Positions 1-6,018 of a stretch of DNA of 30,712 bases are shown here, in pieces. The stretch is from a virus. Lineage: Duplodnaviria; Heunggongvirae; Uroviricota; Caudoviricetes. The notes beneath the pieces were generated by a model, which saw only the letters and a list, made by a program, of their open reading frames with translations, had not been told where the DNA came from and searched no databases. Where the stretch lies: IMG/VR virus record IMGVR_UViG_3300047493_000037, positions 1 through 30,712 of that record, one strand, 5' to 3'. A program made the translations under genes and the position numbers. Each line of letters begins with the position of its first letter. Positions within the stretch are counted from its first letter, which is position 1.

Positions 1-1
1 T

Positions 2-58
2 GCTCAATGGGTCCCAAAGAATCGTAAGTATGCAGGAGAAGATTGGGTGACATGGTAA
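2..58 (+). CDS. 3' end of a hypothetical protein (partial, ...AQWVPKNRKYAGEDWVTW*)
   Basis: Frame is open from the window edge to TAA at 56-58 and overlaps the ATG (52) of the next small ORF. Hand translation. Confidence 0.5.
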   Translation, partial: AQWVPKNRKYAGEDWVTW

Positions 59-213
59 ACGTGGACACAGATATCGACCTTCAAAAAATGAGGTGGAACG
101 TGCTCATGCTTCTTGTGAAGCTAGATTTGTACCCTAGCATACCATTGGGTGATGGCATATGGCCAGCTAGCAAATATTCTATGCAGTATAAGGAATGGTA
201 TGCCGCGCGTTAA
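52..213 (+). CDS. 53-aa microprotein, helix-motif family member (MVNVDTDIDLQKMRWNVLMLLVKLDLYPSIPLGDGIWPASKYSMQYKEWYAAR)
   Basis: Not in the ORF track. ATG 52 overlaps the upstream gene end, AGGAG lies upstream, and TAA 211-213 overlaps the next gene start. Shares a motif with its neighbours. Confidence 0.7.
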   Translation: MVNVDTDIDLQKMRWNVLMLLVKLDLYPSIPLGDGIWPASKYSMQYKEWYAAR

Positions 214-331
214 TTATCTGTTTTATGGAAATCCAATAACTGAAACGGAGCAAGATTACAACGCTAGAATGCACTTGAAGCAACTATTGTCAAACTTAGG
301 TTTACGCCGACGTAACTATGATTTAACTTAG
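200..331 (+). CDS. 43-aa microprotein, helix-motif family member (MPRVNYLFYGNPITETEQDYNARMHLKQLLSNLGLRRRNYDLT)
   Basis: Track ORF 149..331. ATG 200 is preferred because AAGGA lies just upstream and it avoids a long overlap with 52..213. Confidence 0.7.
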   Translation: MPRVNYLFYGNPITETEQDYNARMHLKQLLSNLGLRRRNYDLT

Positions 332-370
332 GGGTGGGAGGGGCTTCAATGCTCTCAGGAAAGAACAAAG

Positions 371-601
371 ATGAAGATATCAAGGTATTCAAGACGCTTC
401 CACGATCCGTGGGGTAGCAAGCAAGGCAACCGCTGCGGAACGATAATCAAGTTTCAGTTTCAGGCTGGAAAGATTATGCTTGAGAAAGAAGAAGGTTCTG
501 TGCACGACGGCTACCACATAGACACAGTGAGCGTACTTGAGTCTACGCACAAGAAGTTTGTTCGCACCGGTAAGAACTCCTCGGAGAAGTTAAGAAGATG
601 A
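371..601 (+). CDS. hypothetical protein, 76 aa
   Basis: ORF track; AGGA upstream; ATGA overlap with the next gene. No recognised motif. Confidence 0.6.
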   Translation: MKISRYSRRFHDPWGSKQGNRCGTIIKFQFQAGKIMLEKEEGSVHDGYHIDTVSVLESTHKKFVRTGKNSSEKLRR

Positions 602-795
602 AAAGCACAAAGTTTGGATCAGAGTATGCACTAAGAAGATTCTTAGCAAAACTAGGAGTTAAGTCCACCATCTGGGGCCTAGAGATGCAACTTAGAGACA
701 TGCACATTAAGTTGGCACAGAACTCTGGCATGCCCAATAACATCATCATGAACCCGCATGTCTACAATGAAATTGTAAAACACCTTAAGAAGTAA
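598..795 (+). CDS. 65-aa microprotein, helix-motif family member (…EYALRRFLAKLGVK…)
   Basis: ORF track; ATGA coupling to the previous gene; carries the shared LxxFLxKLGV motif. Confidence 0.7.
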   Translation: MKSTKFGSEYALRRFLAKLGVKSTIWGLEMQLRDMHIKLAQNSGMPNNIIMNPHVYNEIVKHLKK

Positions 796-910
796 CTCGA
801 TGAGTTTGCAGGATTATCATCAGGAAGTTTCTTAGCTCGATCTTGTGAAAGAGAGCTACTAGCTCGTGGTGGTCGCCGTTAACATCAATCTTATCGATGT
901 GGTTTTCCAT
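785..910 (-). CDS. 41-aa microprotein (MENHIDKIDVNGDHHELVALFHKIELRNFLMIILQTHRVTS)
   Basis: Not in the track. Hand-translated; AGGA Shine-Dalgarno before ATG 910 and an extended -10 element (TGcTAAGAT) at 953-961. Confidence 0.65.
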   Translation of the reverse strand: MENHIDKIDVNGDHHELVALFHKIELRNFLMIILQTHRVTS

Positions 911-952
911 AATGATTCCTTTGCTAAAGCTACTTTGCGCAGCTATACTTCT

Positions 953-961
953 ATCTTAGCA
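953..961 (-). promoter_or_regulatory. extended -10 promoter-like element TGcTAAGAT
   Basis: Minus-strand motif in the gap upstream of 785..910. Confidence 0.45.
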
Positions 962-971
962 GGAATTTAAG

Positions 972-1100
972 CTAACTTGTTATTGTCCAAGGTCCAGTGA
1001 CGTGTACTACGTTTAACTTAATCATGAACATAAGTAGAGACCATCTTGCTTGATCTTGCTTTGCCTTATCTATTGGGCATGTACTTATTTTTTGTCCCAT
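972..1100 (-). CDS. 42-aa microprotein, helix-motif family member (MGQKISTCPIDKAKQDQARWSLLMFMIKLNVVHVTGPWTITS)
   Basis: Not in the track. ATG 1100 has AGGAAGGA upstream, overlaps the end of the upstream minus-strand gene, and stops at TAG 972-974. ARWSLLMFMIKLNV closely resembles MRWNVLMLLVKLDL of 52..213. Confidence 0.7.
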   Translation of the reverse strand: MGQKISTCPIDKAKQDQARWSLLMFMIKLNVVHVTGPWTITS

Positions 1101-1336
1101 TTAAAATCCTTCCTAATGTCCTCTATCTCAACTTCATCATCTATTAAGTAGTGGTGGGTTAGAACATCTTGAGCCATCTTCAATCGCTGTTCCTGACTTG
1201 GAGGTATCGGGTTTAAAAACTCTGGTAAGCATATAGCACGAAACGGGCACTTCTCGCACCTCTTTGAGTTCATGCACTGCCCGTCAGTGGTGACTATCTC
1301 TTCTAATATGTTTTTGTCAGTGGTTGATAACGCCAT
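1085..1336 (-). CDS. small Cys-rich metal-binding protein (C-x5-C-x2-CP-x4-C), paralogue of 1336..1584
   Basis: ILEEIVTTDGQCMNSKRCEKCPFRAIC. ATG 1336 overlaps the upstream TGA (TGATG). Confidence 0.8.
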   Translation of the reverse strand: MALSTTDKNILEEIVTTDGQCMNSKRCEKCPFRAICLPEFLNPIPPSQEQRLKMAQDVLTHHYLIDDEVEIEDIRKDFKWDKK

Positions 1337-1584
1337 CAATCAGTCTCGATTGCGTTATTTAATGTGATATCTATCAATTTGTCTATTGCGGCTGTTTTAT
1401 ACTTAAGATCAGCTTCTTCTTCACTTAAACCATCTATACTTAGAGCTTCTACGCAGCTCATATATTTTCCATTATCAGACCTAACGAGTTGTCCTAATGG
1501 ACATTGAGCGCATATCGAAGGGGTTGCCCAAGTACATGAGCCATCTTCATCAACTATGCGCTCAAGAATTTTCACACCATTCAT
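1336..1584 (-). CDS. small Cys-rich metal-binding protein (C-x7-C-x2-CP...C), paralogue of 1085..1336
   Basis: ILERIVDEDGSCTWATPSICAQCPL...SC. GGGGA SD and TACAAT upstream on the minus strand. Confidence 0.8.
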   Translation of the reverse strand: MNGVKILERIVDEDGSCTWATPSICAQCPLGQLVRSDNGKYMSCVEALSIDGLSEEEADLKYKTAAIDKLIDITLNNAIETD

Positions 1585-1606
1585 TGAATCAGGTTCCCCA
1601 TACTAG

Positions 1607-1612
1607 ATTGTA
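1607..1612 (-). promoter_or_regulatory. -10 element TACAAT for the leftward operon (flanked by CTAG on both sides)
   Basis: Minus strand reads ctagTACAATctag upstream of ATG 1584. Confidence 0.45.
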
Positions 1613-1638
1613 CTAGGGCGATAGTTAGATGGTTGAGA

Positions 1639-1647
1639 TGGTATAAT
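1639..1647 (+). promoter_or_regulatory. extended -10 promoter-like element TGgTATAAT
   Basis: Upstream of AGGAG and GTG 1666; no TTGACA-like -35. Confidence 0.6.
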
Positions 1648-1665
1648 TGAGTTTAGGAGTGACTT

Positions 1666-2472
1666 GTGGCCGAAGATAAACCAACAGCTATATATCCATC
1701 TTACCCAACTAGTTCACCTAGTGAGATGCCTATGTACAACCCTGATCCAAGCATCAGAGGTTCGTCATTCGATGATTTGCTTAAGAATCGCGGAGTGAGA
1801 ATGACTCACGAGAAAGCAACTCCTTGCCCAAACATCTTGACGCTTGACAGCAATGCGCACGAGCCTCAATGCACCTTCTGCGATAACAATGGTTTTCAAC
1901 ATTACGGCGCCAAAGATATATGGGGCACTTTCACAGGCAACTCTATACAGAAGACCTTTGAAGCTCACGGCGTGTGGGAAATTGGTACTGCAGTTGTAAC
2001 TCTACCCACTGAATATCCTGATGGCACTGAGGCAGACTTCAATGCTTTTGACAGGTTGACTCTTCCAGATTTTACCGTGAGACTATGGGAACTAAAAGAG
2101 TATGAGCCAAGACCTGGTAATGTTCAGCAACTTAGATATCCTATAGAAAAAGTTGATAGAGTGAGCTCAATCCTTCAATCGGGTCAAGTAGAAAAAATCT
2201 ACACCCAAGGAGTTGAATTCAATATTGTTAACGGCAACATTGTTTGGGTCGACGGGATGCAGCCAAGTTATGACCCCTTAACAGGTCATGGAGAAGTCCT
2301 TACTTGGTCATTTTATGCCCACCCTGTATATTTAGTTGTTCAAACTCTTCGTGAACTTAGAATTACGCAAGAGCTAGTAGCTGGACAGAAGGTAGCAAGA
2401 CGTTTACCTCAACAAGTTCTAGTGAGAAGAGATTTCTTGCCTACGGCGGCTGAAACCTTAGTTAAACCATAA
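1666..2472 (+). CDS. putative neck/head-closure protein with Cys/Zn-knuckle motif
   Basis: CPN...HEPQCTFCDNNGF motif and beta-rich body. First gene of the structural operon, upstream of tail completion and sheath. GTG start with AGGAG. Confidence 0.6.
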   Translation: MAEDKPTAIYPSYPTSSPSEMPMYNPDPSIRGSSFDDLLKNRGVRMTHEKATPCPNILTLDSNAHEPQCTFCDNNGFQHYGAKDIWGTFTGNSIQKTFEAHGVWEIGTAVVTLPTEYPDGTEADFNAFDRLTLPDFTVRLWELKEYEPRPGNVQQLRYPIEKVDRVSSILQSGQVEKIYTQGVEFNIVNGNIVWVDGMQPSYDPLTGHGEVLTWSFYAHPVYLVVQTLRELRITQELVAGQKVARRLPQQVLVRRDFLPTAAETLVKP

Positions 2473-2492
2473 TGTTAACTCTCAACTTAAGT

Positions 2493-2498
2493 TATAAT
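2493..2498 (+). promoter_or_regulatory. -10 element TATAAT, abutting the palindrome AACTTAAGTT (2484-2493)
   Basis: Intergenic; AGGAG and ATG 2525 downstream. Confidence 0.55.
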
Positions 2499-2524
2499 GA
2501 GACAGTTAACAGGAGTATAGAGTA

Positions 2525-4066
2525 ATGCCCGCTGCAGTAAGTCGCAGACAATATCGCATGATGATGGCGATCGTTCACGGCAACGTGAAAGATGGTCCGC
2601 GCGGTCGTCCTCCAAAGAGTGTTGCTGCCAAGTATACCGATCCTGGCAAGGACGCACCGGATTCCAAAGACAAAGACACTGGCGGAACTTGGGGCGAGAA
2701 GCACCATAAGAAAGCCAAAGAAAAATCCAAAGAAGATCGCATTGCTAGAAAGAAGTCTAAGAAGGACCTTAAGAAGTCTTTTGAAGAGTATCTGGAGAAA
2801 AAGCATAAGAATAGTAATTGTGCAGCTGTTCTAGTGATGGATCAACATAACCGCATTCTTCTTGGGACCCATAACAAAGGCGGTCTAGCTTTTCCTGGTG
2901 GTCATTGCCATGAAGATGAAGCATTTGAGTTAGCGGCTGTAAGAGAAGCTGCAGAAGAGACTGGTTGCCCAGTAAGAATTAGCACTGAAATTTTTAGAGG
3001 TAAGACTAACGGAAATAACACTGTTGTTTATCTTGGTGAAATTGTAAGTGGAAAACCAAAGAACACTAAAAGTGATAGCGGCAAAGAATCCATGACCGAT
3101 TGGAAGTGGCATGAGATTGATGAGCTCCCATGGAGCGATCTACGTGCCTGCTGCAAGAAGCCAATTGAATCTTTTATCGGCACTCGTTTTGGTAAGTCCC
3201 TTAAGGGAATGGTTGCTCTTGAAAAGTTAGAGAAGAACATTATCCGTCAAAAGGCTGATGCTGTATTTGAAGTGACACACGGTGATGCCCTAAGACTTGT
3301 TGGCAATGGCATGTTTAGAACCCTCAGGAAAGTAGTTGAGGGGATGCAAGATGAAGAATTTAAAGATGTTCACATTGATACATACGTAATGAGCATCAGA
3401 AAGCATATGAGCGACGTTTATTCTGGCAGGGTAAATGACGGACATAAGACTATCTATCAATTCACTAATAAAAGTTTACCTGAACTCACTGCTGCACTCA
3501 TGAGCGTATTCGAATGGTATCTTCCAGAAGACGAGAAAGAGCTAAACATGCTCGATGACTCATCTCTGGATGATGATGCCGTTCATGGTGGATTGCATCA
3601 CCTGATTGAAGAATATAAGCGTCACAACATTGGTGACATCTACGAAGAGATGGAATCTATTCGTGAAACTATGCGCAACGGTGTTGCGGTAGATTTGCAG
3701 CAAATTGAAGCTAGAATAATGAGCTTATTTGATAAGCTAGAAGAAGCTGTTCATGACGTTGTTGGCAAGCATAATCAACTTGCGCAAGCGGTTGGAAAAG
3801 ACATGGACGAGCTTGAAGCAAAACTAAGAGAACTTCAAAGTAAGATTAATGATCCCGCGCCAACTCCTCAAACGGTAGAAGCTTACTCTGCCAATCCTGC
3901 AAATAAAGATAAGGTTCACGACGAGTATTACTCCTACCTTTCTAAGCCAAAGATTGAAATTTCACCTAACGGAAAAATTACTATTAGTTTTGCTCAAGAT
4001 TGGCAAGGCGAAGAGAAAGATAACTTTTTGCGTGACATGCGAGTAAGGGTGCTTAGTAAAAAATAA
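2525..4066 (+). CDS. Nudix hydrolase fusion protein (basic N-terminus + Nudix + unknown/coiled-coil C-terminal domain)
   Basis: Nudix box G-x5-E-x7-RE-xx-EE-x-G (GHCHEDEAFELAAVREAAEETGC, ~2900-2968), preceded by the AAVLVMD..RILLG strand. Lys-rich N-terminus; heptad-rich C-terminus. Confidence 0.9.
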   Translation: MPAAVSRRQYRMMMAIVHGNVKDGPRGRPPKSVAAKYTDPGKDAPDSKDKDTGGTWGEKHHKKAKEKSKEDRIARKKSKKDLKKSFEEYLEKKHKNSNCAAVLVMDQHNRILLGTHNKGGLAFPGGHCHEDEAFELAAVREAAEETGCPVRISTEIFRGKTNGNNTVVYLGEIVSGKPKNTKSDSGKESMTDWKWHEIDELPWSDLRACCKKPIESFIGTRFGKSLKGMVALEKLEKNIIRQKADAVFEVTHGDALRLVGNGMFRTLRKVVEGMQDEEFKDVHIDTYVMSIRKHMSDVYSGRVNDGHKTIYQFTNKSLPELTAALMSVFEWYLPEDEKELNMLDDSSLDDDAVHGGLHHLIEEYKRHNIGDIYEEMESIRETMRNGVAVDLQQIEARIMSLFDKLEEAVHDVVGKHNQLAQAVGKDMDELEAKLRELQSKINDPAPTPQTVEAYSANPANKDKVHDEYYSYLSKPKIEISPNGKITISFAQDWQGEEKDNFLRDMRVRVLSKK

Positions 4067-4107
4067 TGCAATGTGCATTTGAAAACTGCAGTAAGGGAAA
4101 CCGCTAA
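4066..4107 (+). pseudogene. 13-codon mini-ORF MQCAFENCSKGNR, probable collapsed HNH/homing endonuclease gene
   Basis: TAATG overlaps at both ends. C-x4-C resembles the N-terminal Zn-knuckle of many phage HNH proteins (inference). Confidence 0.5.
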
Positions 4108-4748
4108 TGGCTAACATTTTTTTTGAGCTTGAGAAGTTGAGAGCAATCCTTAGAAATAAGGGTCTTGACGCAAGAGCTATAGAAACCATAGTGAATAACG
4201 CCAGTAGAGAAATTTACAGCGTATTTGAAGAGCAAGGTGAATCTGCAATGGAACTAGCTATTGAAGCTGGTATTGCACAAAGATCTCCGGAATTCATTAA
4301 TGAGCTAAGACTTGATGCGGTTAACATGAGTCTTACAACTGACTCTGGTAACCTAGAGTTCACAGATCCTCCTTACCCCATGTTGAACAGATTACTTCAA
4401 AATGCTCAACCTATGAAAGATGGGTCGGGTGTTTATAAGGTTATCCCTATTGGCTCTTCAGGGAATGATAGACCAAAAGTGTCTACTAATATTTATGATG
4501 CTGCAAAGCAAGTTAATGCAGAACGTATTGAAAACGCTAAGAGACAATATCAGTCTATCTCTCCAACAGGTAAAAGAGCAGTTCAGTTTAGGACTGCAAC
4601 AAGCAAACAAGATCCTAATCAAGCGTGGGTAAGACCAGCTAGAACTAAAGATTTCTCTGAAGATGTTGGAACAATCAATAGAGAGCTGGCTGCCTCAATA
4701 GAGTCAAAAATAAAAGACATAATTAGGTCTTACGAGGAGAGTTTTTAA
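4107..4748 (+). CDS. hypothetical virion morphogenesis (neck/tail-completion region) protein, 213 aa
   Basis: ORF track; position between neck and tail-completion genes; no diagnostic motif. Confidence 0.75.
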   Translation: MANIFFELEKLRAILRNKGLDARAIETIVNNASREIYSVFEEQGESAMELAIEAGIAQRSPEFINELRLDAVNMSLTTDSGNLEFTDPPYPMLNRLLQNAQPMKDGSGVYKVIPIGSSGNDRPKVSTNIYDAAKQVNAERIENAKRQYQSISPTGKRAVQFRTATSKQDPNQAWVRPARTKDFSEDVGTINRELAASIESKIKDIIRSYEESF

Positions 4749-4952
4749 GTGGATTTAGAGTACAAGGAGCATAGACGACTTTTACAAATTTCTTGGCGTG
4801 CTAAAAATAAGCAGCACATAGATCACATTGTTCCACTAGCTAGTTTTAACTTAGAAGACTATGAACAACTTAAAAAGGCTTGTCATTATACCAATCTTCA
4901 ACCTCTATGGGCTAAAGACAACATGGCTAAAAAGGACAAAATATGTTTGTAA
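4749..4952 (+). pseudogene. internally deleted HNH endonuclease (HIDH...HYTNLQPLW...N..K type)
   Basis: [13 protein letters not shown]...[17 protein letters not shown] is a typical HNH core, but only 22 aa precede it. GAGGAG SD and GTG start are retained. Confidence 0.8.
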
Positions 4953-5701
4953 TGCCGGAGTTGGTAATAAGAAGGTTAATTGATTTTGGCATTAAGGAGT
5001 TAAGGACTGATAGAGTTGCATTTGATGACTTATTTGCTCAAATGTTAGATACAGAGCTCAACCCTGATTTCGGTCCGCAATATGTTGAACAGATATGGCA
5101 ATGGTTTACAACAACGAAAATACCTGTAGTTCAAGCATGGTCATTTAATGCTCAAAAAATACCCTGTATTTCTTGTCACCTTGCGAATGAAACAGAAGAT
5201 GAATCTAAGGCTGCAATGGAAGACTTAGTTGGTATAGGTCAAAACTCTGTTGTTGGAACTGGTGTCTTTACGGTGATGGTAGATATTGGCATACATGTTG
5301 CTAGAGGCGGAGACCATGTTCTCTGGCTATACTACATCACATCTTACATTCTGTTTAAGTATAAGCCACTTGCCGAAAAATGGGGTCTAAAACTTCAAAC
5401 TTATAGTGCCTCTGACTATGCAAAAGATGCAGATAAAGCAGCTAACAACTTGTGGACTAGGTGGGTAAGATTTAGATGCACCACTGAAAACTTCTGGGCA
5501 GCTGAACCACTCAAAGAGATTGACTATGTTAACACTGATCCATCTATAGGAAACCCAGTTTCTTGTGACATATCTACCAGCCTAGACGTCGATCCTAACT
5601 TAGTTGATAGAACAGCTAATAAGGGCATAATTGCTCGACCAGTTGAAGAAGATTGTGAAGAGTACGACACGTTCATTGACCCAGATGACATCGTTATTTA
5701 A
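4943..5701 (+). CDS. putative tail completion / tail terminator protein
   Basis: [14 protein letters not shown] and VDIGIH...WLYYIT pattern, acidic C-tail, and position just upstream of the sheath gene. Confidence 0.55.
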   Translation: MFVMPELVIRRLIDFGIKELRTDRVAFDDLFAQMLDTELNPDFGPQYVEQIWQWFTTTKIPVVQAWSFNAQKIPCISCHLANETEDESKAAMEDLVGIGQNSVVGTGVFTVMVDIGIHVARGGDHVLWLYYITSYILFKYKPLAEKWGLKLQTYSASDYAKDADKAANNLWTRWVRFRCTTENFWAAEPLKEIDYVNTDPSIGNPVSCDISTSLDVDPNLVDRTANKGIIARPVEEDCEEYDTFIDPDDIVI

Positions 5702-5736
5702 GCGCTCAAGTGAGATATATTAAAGAAGGAGCAATT

Positions 5737-5961
5737 ATGGCCAATATGGTTAAAAAGACAGAAGCAGTTCATGTGCCACCAGCAACTCAACCTGTGAAAG
5801 TTGATTTCGATGCTTGGTGGGCTATGAATGAGAAAAAGATTCCTGTGCAACACAAGAAGGAAATCATTCTTGCTGACTTTCGCGCTAGAGGGTTATCTAT
5901 GAAAGAAACGCTCCAAGCTTACAACGACGGACTCAAGAAGTACGGCGTAAAACTGAAGTAA
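5737..5961 (+). CDS. small hypothetical protein upstream of sheath, 74 aa
   Basis: Track ORF 5710..5961; ATG 5737 preferred (AAGGAG at 5726-5731). Confidence 0.8.
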   Translation: MANMVKKTEAVHVPPATQPVKVDFDAWWAMNEKKIPVQHKKEIILADFRARGLSMKETLQAYNDGLKKYGVKLK

Positions 5962-5976
5962 TTAACTATAGCGACA

Positions 5977-5985
5977 TGTTATAAT
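5977..5985 (+). promoter_or_regulatory. extended -10 promoter-like element TGtTATAAT
   Basis: Upstream of AGGAG and the sheath ATG 6019. Confidence 0.6.
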
Positions 5986-6018
5986 TAGTTTTGACTTAAC
6001 TGACTTAGGAGATTTGCT

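Noticed and set aside
349-417. 22-codon ORF (MLSGKNKDEDIKVFKTLPRSVG) with GGAGG upstream
   Set aside because: It overlaps 371..601 out of frame and has no other support; it cannot be excluded but is not called.
200-601. ORFs 200..331 and 371..601 are in frame and separated only by one TAG, suggesting stop-codon recoding
   Set aside because: All long structural genes are intact under the standard code with no internal TAG, and the downstream ORF has its own SD-like sequence.
1043-1061. Short direct repeat ATCTTGCTT x2
   Set aside because: Explained by the coding sequence (KQDQAR) of the minus-strand microprotein 972..1100.
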